The notes beneath the pieces were generated by a model. It was given only the letters and a program-made list of their open reading frames with translations. It was not told the DNA's origin and did no database searches. From positions 620,001 to 684,000 of the forward strand of contig NW_026515677.1 in assembly GCF_025526975.1 (NCBI RefSeq): a stretch of 64,000 nt of DNA, written 5' to 3'. Position 1 is the stretch's first letter; every line of letters begins with the position of its first letter. The stretch comes from Fimicolochytrium jonesii (taxonomy: Eukaryota). The position numbers and the translations under genes are program-made. This document shows, one piece after another, positions 50,688-63,104 of this stretch.

Positions 50688-52306
50688 ATGTCGTTTACAA
50701 ACCTACTCTGGACGAGTGCTCAGCCGATTATTAAGATGCTCATCATCGCTGGTATGTATGTTCCTGTCACCGAGAACACCCCTTTTGCCAATGCTGATCC
50801 ATGTTGTGTGAAAACCAGCGGGAGGAGCGACGCTGTTCAAAACGGGGGCGATAAATCCCGCGGGGCTCAAAGTGCTGTCGAAGGTAGGATGCGATGTTGA
50901 TAGATGGTATGATAACCCAGTAGCTGACGACCACGTCCGCAGGTCAACATCTATCTCCTCGCACCCCCACTCCTGTTTGTCAAGATCGTAGCGGGGATCA
51001 CAGTGAACGATCTCCCAAAACTAGGGTGCGCCAAACCTCCTCCATCCTACCCAATCCGCATCCAGCGAATCTCACTCTCCATCGCAGCATCATAGTCCTC
51101 GTAGCCCTCATCTACCTCCTCCTCGGCCTCCTCGCCGGGCTGCTCATCCGGCGTTGCACACGGACCACGCCCACCTTCAACTACGCCGTCATCGCCTGTG
51201 CGACTTGGGGAAATTGGGGGGATGTATGTATGTGCCGTCGGTAGCTTCCCTCTCGAACAACGGACGACTGATGGGCTTCTGATAGATCCCGCTAGCGGTG
51301 ATCCTCTCCCTCGGCGCCCTCCCACCCTTCTCCGCCGGCGACGACACAAAAGGCGTCGCATACGCCTCGATCTTTGTTGCAGTGTTCTATTTCACGCTCT
51401 GGGGGGCCGGGTACAAGCTTTTCCAGATGGATTATGCGGGGGATGACAAGAAGTTGGATCTGGAGATGGAGGTGGATTTGGAGGGTGGCAGTGTGGGTAC
51501 GGTAGGGGATAAGACTGACGAGATGCCGGAGGAGGGGATGGGGGATGCACGAGAGTCTGCGCCGGCGGCGGCGAGCGTGACGGCGCCCAGTGTCCGGTCA
51601 ACAGCGATGTCAACGCAACGGAGCAGCTCGAAACGCAACAACACACCCACCGCCCGGCGAATCGTCCATCGGCTCGGTCGCGTGTACCACACCTACAGCT
51701 CCCTGTTCAACGTGCCGAACGTGACACTCTTACTGAGTCTGGTGATTGCGCTTGCGCCGCCGCTGAAATCGCTGTTTGTGAGGACGGACGGGGGTGAACC
51801 GCCGTTGGGGTTCTTGTTTCGGACACTGGATTTTTTGGCCGGTGGGACTGTCCCAATGGTGAGACCGGGGAATCCGGAGTGACCGCATCGTCGTTCCCCC
51901 CATTTTCGGGCCTGCTCATAACCTCCCTTCACCCCTTCCCTCGACGATACAGAGCCTAGTATCCCTCGGCGGCGGCCTAGCCCAACTCTCGTTCCGCCAA
52001 ACCTCCCTCCCGAGCTGCCTCTCTCTCGTCACCTTCAAACTCCTCCTCCAACCCGTCTTCGGTCTCGGTCTCTCCCTGCTGCTCACCCACACTCTGCAGT
52101 GGGTGGACATGCACGACAAGATCTTCCGCTTCGTGCTGCTGTTCATGTCGTGCACGCCGACAGCCTCGACAACAATCTTACTGACGCAGTTCTATTCGCC
52201 GACGGGGGAGAGCGTAGAGATTGGGAGTACGTTGTTTGTGATGTATGTGGCGAGTTGTGTGACGATGACCGGGTTCATTGCGTTGTTTATTCATCTGGTT
52301 GGGTGA
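50688..52306 (+). CDS. Auxin-efflux-carrier (Mem_trans/PILS-like) membrane protein, multi-exon
   Basis: QPIIKMLII, PPLLFVKI, WGNWGD-PLAVILSL, GVAYASIF, APPLKSLF, FRFVLLFMSCTPTA. Confidence 0.85.
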
Positions 52307-53167
52307 GAGGGTGAGAGGGACGGAGGGTTTCAGTCATAGGGACGAAGGGGCTTTCGTCGCCGTGATACGAACATGCATGGCTTTGGTTTTGGGGTTCTAG
52401 AACTAGTTTTGTAAATAGCATTTTAGACGCTTATAATCGACCCCCCCCCCCCCCCCTGAATAGGTCAACGAGGACCCGAATGCACCTGCATCGCTGCGTA
52501 TCAGCAAACAGTTTCGCCCCGGGTGCAGGCGAGCAAAAGATGTTTCCGGTGTGCGGGCTCACCCAGACCATCGCATTCCATTCCGCGTCACCCTGCGAAT
52601 GAAAGCTCCGAGTCTCCCGACTCCCAGCCACAACCTGAAGCGGTTCGGTTGACCCACACAGGCGGGTGCCAAAAGGACGCCACGATATCGGGAGTTCGCT
52701 CGTTCCGGAAAGCTACCTGCTTGGGGCGGACGGTCTTCAATGCCTCTCGTCTCGTCTGCTATCTATTACGCGTCCCCGACTGATGAGGTCGCCGAGGATG
52801 AACCCCCCGCTCGCGCTGTGAGCCCCCGGGAGCCGCCGGGTAAACCACAGCCCGCCCCCGCCTGGTGAGTTGGCAAGGCAAGGGTTGTTTTGGTTCCCCC
52901 CGTCCGCTCGTGTCCGCGGCGAGGAGGGCGTTCGCTCTGCACACTTGACCGGCCGGGAGCCCTCCGCTTCCGCTGCCGGGGGGGTGTGACACACGCGTCA
53001 AGTCTGCACCTCCCTTCTTACGCGTGCGGGGGGGGGAACAGAACAGAACAGAACAGGACACCCTGCTATGATAGCTGCGGGTATATATAAGAACAGCAAC
53101 ATGCCCAGTTTCGCTTGACATCCCACTCGCAGATTACCCCTCTACCCCCTCGTTTCAGACCCCCACC

Positions 53168-54988
53168 ATGTCGTTCATCGCCACCACAGCCGTCGGTCTC
53201 CTCCTGGCCTTCCTCCTCCACCGCTTCCTCTCCCCGTCGTCCTCCTCCAAGGGCCCGACGGTCCCCGGCCCCGCCCCGCTGCCGTTCATCGGCAACTACC
53301 ACCAGATCTACCCGTACATCAAGAGGCGGCAGGGGCGGCAGTTTTCGATGCGGATGTTTGGGCAGTATGGGAGGATCTATGGTGTGAGGTTCTTTGGGAA
53401 TGCGGTGGTGGTTGTCGGGGATGCGGCGGTTGCGAAGAGGGTGTTGACGGATAAGGAGGGGTTTTATAGGGATAACATGGTGAGTATCGGAAGGGGAGCG
53501 ACCAGCGAGTACATTCACTGGCGAGCGAAGCCCAGCCTCAGCAGGGTTGGGATCTTTGCGCGCGAGCGAGCAGGGGTGTCATTCATCCAACCGACGTCAA
53601 GCGAACATGAGTTTGCTCGTCCAACCACCTACCCGCTTCGCTTCACCCACCATAAGGGGAGAGACTCTAACCAACCCCTTGTCCCGCGTGAATCCACAGT
53701 TCCAAAAGATGCACAAGGGCATCGCGCACTACGCGCTCTTCACGCTCCCGTCGGGCGACGTGTGGCACAAGCACCGCAAGTTCATGCAGCCGTCGTTCGG
53801 CCCGACGCACATCCACAACACGGCGGTGATCGCCAACGCCATTGCCAACGCGCTGTCCGACACCTGGGCAGCGTACCCCGCGGGGCACGCGTTCAACGTC
53901 AACTACCATTTCGCGTGCCTGACGCTGGACGTGATCGGGCGGTTGGCGTTCTCGTACGAGTTCAAGATGGTGGAGACGCTCGCGGACCCCACGCACACGT
54001 CGTCGGCGTCGCTCCTGCACGTCTTTGAGGAGATCGTGACGACCATGTCTGCGCGGTACGGCGCGCCGGAGGTCACGTGGCCGGTCCTGGGGATCTCGAC
54101 CCGGAACATCCAGGGGCAAGTGTCGCGGGTCCGGTCGATCATCCTCGATGTTGTGAAGCAAAAGACGAGTCTGATTCGGGATGGGCGGTATAGCCCGCGC
54201 GAGGGCGTGCCGCTGGATATGCTGGACCGGCTGATCCAGGCGACGACGGGGCAGGCGCGCGTGCAGTTCTCGACGGAGGAGATGGTGGATGAGGTGTATG
54301 CGATCTTTGGGGCGGGGTCGGAGACGACTCAGAACACGTTGACCTTTTGCGTGCTGACGCTCGCTCAACATCCGGAATGCCACGACAAGGTCGCTGAAGA
54401 GCTCGACGCTGTTCTCGGGGCTTCCGGTGAAGTCACGTACGAGTCCCTCGCGCGCCTCACGTACCTCTCCGCCTTTATCCGCGAAACCATGCGCCAGTAT
54501 CCTGTGGCGGGGGCGGTCGCGCGCAAAGCGGCAAACGACGTTGAGATTCTGGGGTACCATATCCCGAAAGACACGCGGGTGATTGTCAATATCCGGTACA
54601 TCCAGAACGATAGTCAGTACTGGAGTAAAGGGGATGCGGAGTTGTTTAGGCCTGAGCGGTGGTTGAATGATGAAGTGAATGCGGATTCGCCGTGCTTTTT
54701 GCCGTTCGGGGATGGGCCGATGAAGTAAGTTGTTGTTGTTGTTGTTGGGGACATTTGATATTGCCTTGTCCTGTGATGATACCGTCACGCTAACGTACTC
54801 CCCATATGTATCCCACCTCCAGCTGCATCGGGCAAAAGATCGCGCTAGCCGAACTCAGGACGGTGGTGGCGGTGCTCGCGCGGAAATGGAGGTTTGAACT
54901 GGTGGCGGGCCAAGAAGTGGAGCCTGTTGAGACGATCACGACGGGGTTGAAGGACGGGTTGTTTGTTCGAGTTACGCCGAGGGTCTAG
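53168..54988 (+). CDS. Cytochrome P450; introns 53480-53699 and 54725-54822
   Basis: N-terminal anchor and PGPAPLPFIGN, AGSETT, ETMR (ExxR), FRPERW, heme motif PFGDGPMNCIG split by intron 2; TATATAA near 53083. Confidence 0.95.
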
Positions 54989-55266
54989 TGTGAGAACAGC
55001 AGTGTGAAGTACAGACTCGACATAATGGCATGTGCGCTAATGTACGTACAGTACGTACGAATGGGCGACGCGTGAGTGAGTCATCCATCGCGTCATCCGC
55101 TCGCCCACCAGAGAGAGACTCGCCGCCCACCAGAAGGAGAAGGCGTGTCCGGCCTCCAACAAGTGGGAAAGGAAGTAGGGATAGTCATAAGAGAGTCTCT
55201 CCACGACCGCCCCCCGCCCCCCCCATCACACCCCACGCCAGCTATTCCCACAACCACCCACTCACA

Positions 55267-56346
55267 ATGCCCTCCTCAGCTGCACTACAACCCTCCCAAC
55301 CCGTCGCCCTCACCACAGAACAACTAACCGCATACCTCGCCCGTCTACGGCTCCCTCCCACCACATCCCTCCTCCTGCCGCCGGACTTGCCAACCCTCTC
55401 CCTCCTCCACAAAGCTCACTACTTCTCTATCCCTTTCGAGACCCTCTCCCTTCACTTTGACCCCCACGGCGGCGTTGAGACTGGAAGAGATCATACGCGC
55501 CCGCCTATATCTCCGAACCTAAACGATATCTATGATAAGATTGTGATAAGGAGGAGGGGAGGTTATTGTATTGAACATAATACTCTCTTTATTGCGGCAT
55601 TGCGGAAACTGGGGTTTAACGTTAGGCCTGCACTCGCCAGGGCCGTGAGGGATGGGAAGTGGTAGGTATACAATACGGCGAGCGAAGCGAGCACCACATT
55701 GCGCCTTTGCAAAAGACTCCCCCTCACCCCCGCTCAACCTTCTCATCGCGAAACCAAACCCCCCCTGTTATTTAGGTTCGGCATCTCCCACTTCATCGGT
55801 CTCGTCCACATCCCCACCCCCACCGACCCAACACCCACCGGTCCCACCCCCTCATCCATCCACCTCATCGACGTCGGCTACGGCTACCGCGGCCCCGTCC
55901 TCCCGCTCCCGCTCTCCGGCCTCCCGCAATCCCACCCATCCCAGGGCACGAACCGCATCACACTCCACACCTCCACCACATCCTACCCCGGGTGTGAGGA
56001 CGATGTGTTTGCGGCTCCCGGTGAGTGGGGCGTTCCTGATCTGTATGTGATGGAACATCGGGCGAACAAAAGTGGCGCAGAATGGACACAGCAATACGCC
56101 TTCTACACAACCCCCGTGACACGCACAGATATCGAAATGTCAAACTGGTACAGCTGCACGCACCCAGCGGCGGTGTGGGTGCGGGGATGTACTGTCAAGA
56201 TGCATGATGAGCGGGAGGGGGCCACGGTGTTCTATGAGGGGGCCTTGAAGAGGTACGATGCTCGGGGGGAGGTTGTGGAGAGTAGGGAGGTTGCGAGAGC
56301 GGAGTGGAGGAAGCTTGTTGAGGGTGAGTTTGGGGTGCGGTTCTGA
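55267..56346 (+). CDS. Arylamine N-acetyltransferase; intron 55662-55775
   Basis: IPFETL, RRRGGYCIEHN (Cys), ISHF (His), LIDVGYG (Asp) catalytic triad. Confidence 0.92.
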
Positions 56347-59181
56347 GCGGGGGGATATATGGATAGACCTTTCTCGCTTTTTGCGATAGAGACAGGGCGG
56401 CGTTACGTCGGGCGTATGATGGGACGGACAAACCGCCAATGGACTCTGGTTGTGTGGACACTTAGAATAGAGCCCCTTCCATCGTGTACTCATTCCCCAT
56501 CCCCCATGTATGCGCCTCTCACGGACCCAAATACATATGTACACACTAAATCTACATACATCACGACGCGGATTGGGGGTGCATATATAGCGGACCCAGT
56601 GATGCGATATGCGGAGGGTTTCCCCTTCCGATGCACCCCCTCCTCCTCCTCACCCTCCCCTTCCTCCTCCGTCATCCACCCCTGCCGTCTCCCCGCCGTA
56701 ACACCGCCGGCCCCTGGTGAACTCGCTGCGTGGTGAGACCCGGCGCCACCGGTATTCCTGCCCGCACGCGACGCGGGTGAGTTCAACCCCCCGGCGCCGA
56801 CGAGACCGGGGATGCCCGTTTTTCGTCTCGCAAGCGCGAGATAATCGCCCGACAGCATCTCCCGTTTCTGCGGTGGCGGGTCGGCGGGGGTGCTCCCAGC
56901 GTCCGTCGCGTTTCCTCCGGTGGTAGCGACGGCGAGGTCGGCAAGCGCGAACGGGGATCTCGTAAACAGCGGTGACAAGGGCGTCGCTATCCAATCAACC
57001 GCTTCCACACCGCGCCCTTTCTACGGCCATCCGACGACCATCCGAATCGTTTTACGCCTCCCTGACGGAGGCCACGACATGCAGTAGACCAGTGCGCGGA
57101 CGTCCTCGAAGGCCGGGTTGTTTCAGCTTTCCACGTCCTCTGCGACTTCAACAGCTTATATAGTCACGCATTGTCTCAGCATTACGCGTGAACTAGCCTC
57201 TCAGACGAGGGAGGTTTCGGGTTAGAGCAGTCCGAATAGAATGATCGATTGCCTTTGAGAGTAAGAAGCGTAGCATTAGCTACATGTCCTTGTATGCGTC
57301 GTTCTTGCTCTTCGGAAATGACAAGCCGTCGCCGGGGCGCGCTGTCAAAGAGCCCCCCGTCAACGGCAATCGCGTCTCATTCCCCAGCGCGGGTTCAAAC
57401 CGTTCTTCCTTTTTTCCCGTTCCTGTTCCGGCGAGTGCGATCATCCCCCATCGATACACCGATAGAAGCACCCATCATATGTAGATTCTGGAGTTGCCTA
57501 AGAAGAGGGACGAGCGATAAAGCGAGTCGAGCGGCATCGATGCAGCAGGAGCGCACAAGACGCATCCATACAGTACTGTACCAGTACTGTACGTCCCCCG
57601 CCAATCTTCCGATTTGTGGCTTCTTGTGTATGAGATTCGCGCCACGTTTGGAACGTTTTCACGAGAATCAAAGGCCCCCACTGATGAGACCTCGAGAGTG
57701 CAGCATCAACTACGTACAGTATCCAACGAGCAATGGAGAATGGTTGTGGAGTCGTTCCGCTTTGTGAGGGAGATTCCATCGATGGAGTCACGTGCCTCCT
57801 CTGGCTGGATTTAATCCCTCGCGTGTGATCTCGGCTGGCGCGTGACGTATACAGACCTAGAGTCTAGAGTGAGACAGAATGCTGCCAACTGACCACGGAG
57901 AGAGGGGGGGGGGGGGGGGGGGGGGGAGGCGGAGGAGGAGGTGACCATGAGCGAGTGCTGCGGCTGTCCCGGCACAGCAAAAGCAACCCGTCGTGGATGG
58001 ATTCGTAGGCGAGCGATGAAAAGATGGAAAAAGTCATGTCTGATGTGGGGTCGAAGCCCACCAAAGAGTAAACCCCAGAGCGGCCGTGCGCGCCAGTCTG
58101 TGCGTGTGTTCCGTGTACATTTCCCATACAGCTGGCTGGGTGTTCAGGGATTAGGCTTTTGATTTTGATGAAGATCTGAAATCGATGCAAACATCTACTG
58201 TAGATACAGTAATAGGGAAACGGCCGGAAACACTAACGATCGTCCGGAGCAAATCCGTCCGGCTGAGTCAGTGTGGGCCATGAGTTTGAGAGTGTTGTGG
58301 AAGGCTGGAAACCGTTGTGCGTCGGAGAAAGGAGGAGCGAGCGAGACGAAAAAGGAGGAGCAGCAAGAGTCATCGCAGGTGACAACCTCCTCACACATAT
58401 AAAGCAGGCCTCTCCACGCGTGGCCTCTCCTCCCCCTCCCTCTCGTCTCCCACTCCTCACACTCCGAACCAAAACACACTCTTCGTCGTCGCTCGCCGTT
58501 CATCGATTCATTGCTGCTGGCTCCCGCTTGGCGTTGACTGACAGGTAAGACCGTGCACCTCAGAACTGAGTGCCCCCAATCCGTTTAGATACTCCACGCC
58601 ACCAGTCGGGGTTTGAGCAGCGCCAGCAGCCCACGCCGCAAGCAAACCGTACGTCGGAGAGGAGGAAAACGGGCACCGGCGCCAAGGGTCCCTGTCACCA
58701 GGTCTCGGAAACCAGCGAATACGCAACAAGCTTAACCCTGTTTGTCGCCCCTGGCAACCCCGGTCTCTCCTCCGGTTTCTCCATCCCCTCCGCTTGCTTA
58801 CAAACATCGGTATTCGGCCGCTGGCGTCACGGTCCCCCCTTCTCCGGCCTTTCTTTTTTTGATGTGGGAGACCATGTGGCCGCGCCTTTGGGTTGATGCT
58901 TCTGCCAAGCCGGATGGGACTCCGATCCTATAATCATGGCTCGCGCGATCTCTCATCCAATCTTTCCCACTTTCTCTCTCTTGTACGATTCTTCTCGAGA
59001 ACAGATTTGAGGTCGCATACCATCTACCATCGCACACTCGGAATACCCGAAAGCAAGTGAGGTATGTGTACATCGCCGGTCCAACCCGTCAATGTGGTTT
59101 CCACCCATTTATCCTTCTTATGGACGCGTTCAGAACTCGAAACTTCCCACGGAACCAGAGTCAAGAAATACATCAGCAACG

Positions 59182-60358
59182 ATGGACTCGACATCGACAA
59201 AGACGCCCTGGCAGGTCGCGCAGCCGTTCGTGACGGGCGGATTGGGCGGGATGATTGCCACGGCGGTGATTCAGCCCGTGGATATGATCAAAGTTAGGAT
59301 GCAGTTGGCTGGCGAGGGTGTCAAGGTGAGGCACGGGGGGAGAAAGGGGGAGAGGATGCACAGCGGTGCAGTGTTTTCATAGAAGATCGTTTCTCTCGGA
59401 AATCAGCGGTTATGCTAAAACCCGCGCCCCCCCCCCCCCCCCCCCAGAACGTCAAAGCCCACCCCTTCCGCGTCGCCGGCGACATCATCCGCCAAGAATC
59501 CTTTCGCTCACTCTACAACGGCCTCTCCGCCGGCCTCCTCCGCCAAGCGACCTACACCACGGCCCGCATGGGCCTCTTCAACACCTTCCTCGCTAAAGCC
59601 CGCGAGTACAACGGCGCCAACCAACCCGTCACCTTCCTCCAACGCTCGCTCGCGGGACTCGCCGCCGGCGGCCTCGGGGCCATCGTCGGCACACCCGCGG
59701 ACCTCGCGTTGGTGCGCATGCAGAGCGATGGGACGTTGCCGGTTGCGAAACGGAGCAATTACACGGGCGTGACGAACGCGTTGGTGCGTATCACCCGCGA
59801 AGAGGGCGTGCTTGCGTTGTGGAACGGCGCCGGCCCGACCGTCGCGCGCGCCATGGCGCTCAACCTCGGCATGCTGACGTCCTACTCGCACACCAAACAC
59901 GAGCTGGACAGGATCATCGGGCCCGGCCCGGGGGCCAATTTCGGCGCGTCCGCTGTGGCGGGGTTCTTTGCGTCGGCGTTGTCGCTGCCGTTTGATTTCA
60001 TCAAGACGAGGTTGCAGAAACAGAGGCCGGATGCTGAGGGGAGGTTGCCGTATAAGGGATCGATTGATTGTGCGATCAAGGTGGTGAAGAACGAGGGGCC
60101 GTGGGTGTTTTATAGGGTATGTCTGTCTGTTTTGGCCTCCGTCCCCTCCACGCACTGTTTCCAAATGATCAACTCACCATGATTTCCTTGTTTTTGTTTT
60201 CGTAGACCTTCCCGGTGTACTACCTCCGCATCGCCCCACACGCCATGCTCACCCTCCTCGTCGCCGACGGGCTCACGTCCATGGCGCAGACGTTCATGAA
60301 CAACCAACCGACAACATCCTCTACACCCTCTTCGCCCGCGCGTCAAAAACTTGCTTGA
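59182..60358 (+). CDS. SLC25A11: Mitochondrial 2-oxoglutarate/malate (dicarboxylate) carrier; 3 coding exons
   Basis: QPVDMIKVRMQ, GLSAGLLRQATYTTARMG, TPADLALVRMQSDG, LPFDFIKTRLQ, YYLRIAPH. Confidence 0.9.
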
Positions 60359-61655
60359 ACGAAAACATCAAAAATACTCCCCCTTTCGGAAAATCAATCC
60401 GCTAGCTCGTTTTCGAAAGACACCTTGTATTCTGTTCCAAACGTACCCCGCCCTCCCCCCTTTTTCAATGTGGTTTGCCCCTTTTGATTTTATTGTCCAT
60501 TGTTCAGTGCTCGTTACCGCAACCACCACCACCATCTGTACAGGCCCCCCCTCCCCCCTACGCGGCTTCTCTTGAGCGGAACTCTGCCGTTTCATGCTCC
60601 TCAAAAGAGGATGAACACAACCCCACACCTCTTTCTATGATATCCTATCCCCCCTGACTATGGGGAGAAGAATGTGTACAATTACGGTTGCCTTTGGAAC
60701 AAAGAGAATGTATGAAGTGAAGAGCAACGGATAGTGCACGACCGTTTCTCGTCGACGTGGATCGGGGCGGATGGGGAGTGCGGAGTCGAAAGACCATTCA
60801 GACCGGAAAATGGGCCTGCGACCACCCAACCAATGCGGTACCGTGTATGAGGACTTTCGTAGACCGGGAAATGAGCGAGCAGCCTACTGACTTGGAGCCC
60901 TTGCGTTCTCCGCTCTGCGTACAGTGCTCCGTTGACCTGCCCCCTTGCCCCTCTCGACGGCGAAAAAACACCACGCGCTACAGTAACTAGAACCGGCATC
61001 TCTCCTTTCTGCCGGAGCAACATGGTGGACCCGTACCCCCTTCGGTTCTCCTTTACGACAAGCCCCATGAGCCGCTTTGGCTTCGAAGCGCTTGCCTTTC
61101 TCCTTTGCTCTCCTCGCATTTTGGTCGTCCGTGGCCTCGCCTTTTCCCTCGTGACCCGCTCCTTCTTCTTCCGATAAGCGCGAAACGGTTGCCCACACCC
61201 ACAAAGTTATACCCGCCAGCGGAACGCGTTTACGTACTGTCCGTACCTTATTTTGACGGTGTCTCGTTCGCCGTTAATTTCGCGTCGGACTAGGGCCTAT
61301 TCTGCCGATCAGCAGTGGGACATCGCCAAGCCAGCTCGAGCTGGGGCACGAAACGCTACGGAAGAGGAAACGGAAGGAGCTCCGAACAGTTGGCGTTCCA
61401 CGGTACCTTTTCGCCGTGGAAACGTTTCTCCATGTGTGTGTGGGGCATTAAGTCTGCAAAAACAACCAAAGGGCTTATAGTGATGTTGATACATCTCCGT
61501 TTTTGCTCTAAACATGCAGAAGGCGATGGGCACGAAAACGTCGACTAGATACAGTGCGTGAATGCTTTTGCAGCTGGACAAAGTACTGGTGTGTGTGTGT
61601 CTCATCAAACCTGATAAAGGTCAAAAACCATGGCCAAAAAGTCGAAAAGAGAAAG

Positions 61656-61738
61656 CGACGCGAGCAGGATTTGAACCTGCGCCCGCAGAGCGGAGTAGAT
61701 TTCTAGTCTACCGCCTTAGACCACTCGGCCATCGCGTC
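61656..61738 (-). tRNA. tRNA-Ser(AGA), intact, intronless
   Basis: GACGCGA/TCGCGTC acceptor stem, GTAGA-CTAGAAA-TCTAC anticodon arm, long variable arm, GCAGG-TTCAAAT-CCTGC T arm. Confidence 0.95.
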
Positions 61739-63104
61739 CTGTTATTTTCGATGGCTTTACGCAAGACCCATTGTATCACTTGTCCTGAATTCGAAGGAAT
61801 CCCTGGATTTCGAAAGTTCTGAAACGCCACGCGACTCCTTCGTTTGAACTGCAGAACCGGGCTCCAACGCGCCTTCCGAAGTCCGGGGTGTCGTTGACTG
61901 AGACTGACATCACCAGAAAGTCATGAAACGCAAGCCATCCCCGCCGTCAAACGCCACGTCCCCTTGCCTTCCAATTACCCCCATCAATCAGAGACTGATG
62001 ATTCATCACTGCTCAATGTTACGGTACAATGCGAGGCGAGGCTCCAATTGAGAGCTACCTGCAAGCGTTGTCGAGAGCGTTGTACCATGTAGCCTCATAT
62101 GGGAGCGCCGGGGAAGCCTCATCAAAATGCCATACCGCGAGCACAAGATGCTACTCTTTGTGAACGAGGTGAGAAGGCGGGCCGTGCATGAATAACGGGA
62201 GAAAGAGAGCCGGGGCCCACGACGACGGTTGGGGGTGGGGGCGGGGGGAAGAAGAATGCGATTGTGTTTGTGGGGATGAGGTCAAGTTTGAGCTTAATTC
62301 GAACTTGGGACCGATGAACTCGCCCAATACATCGAACGGGCTGCCCGTTACGGTTTCCTGCCTTGCCCGTCCTCGTTTCCACCATATTCATATTGCATAT
62401 TGTTAGTGAGAGTTCGTACAGGCTGTGCTCCGACGGGTGCTGTTGTTGTTGTTCAAGTTGAGCCCGAGTGTTGTGGCTCCCTAAAAATAAAACGTGGCGC
62501 GTCCGTGGGAAAACCTACTTGAGAGAATCGAAGGCTCTTCCCTCCCCAACACAATTCCCGACTGTGGCGGAAAGCTGCAGCGTTTGGAAATCCTCTAATT
62601 TACAACCACCAACGTATAGTTTCCATAGTTCACCCAGCTACAACTGTTTGAGTAGACTTTTATCCCCCGTCTCCTCGCCTGTATTATCTCTTCCCTTCGA
62701 TCGGCAGTTGCATCGGCCTTTGCACAGTCCTGGTCGTGGCTGAGCACCACCCTTCCGTCTGTCCTCGGGACGGCTGACGACTAGTCACAACTTTGTATCA
62801 GCGCCATAGCGAGCTATGCAACAGGGCGAACGGTCTGGTCTTGGGACAAACACAGGGCGAATAATGGACGGCTCAAGGTAAGCCATGCTCAGCCATATCT
62901 TTTTTTTTCGGGTGGGAACAATGCACGCGTGGGAAAATCGTGCATGCGTTATGTGAGAGGGCCCGTATGGGGGAGCACAGCGCTCTCCCTTGCCCTTGTT
63001 GGTTGCCCTTTTTGGGTTGCTCTGCCGCGACAAGTGTATCATTCTCAACTTCTTTCCATTGGCGCCTCAGGTCATTGCTAGATACCTCGAATAACGTGAA
63101 TAGA

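Noticed and set aside
52780..52810. CTGATGA...GAAA resembling a hammerhead ribozyme core
   Set aside because: Stem II pairs poorly and no matching stem I/III with an NUH cleavage site could be built
53667..54788. Long antisense ORFs over P450 (also over SEC14 and the carrier)
   Set aside because: Shadow frames expected from high GC at third codon positions
56490..57008. 172-aa minus-strand ORF downstream of NAT
   Set aside because: No ATG start, low complexity and no recognisable domain
57681..57705. Second CTGATGAG hammerhead-like seed
   Set aside because: No downstream GAAA after a stem II
57904..57926. Long G/C homopolymers (also near 49944, 52441 and 59426)
   Set aside because: Simple repeats of unreliable length with no further structure
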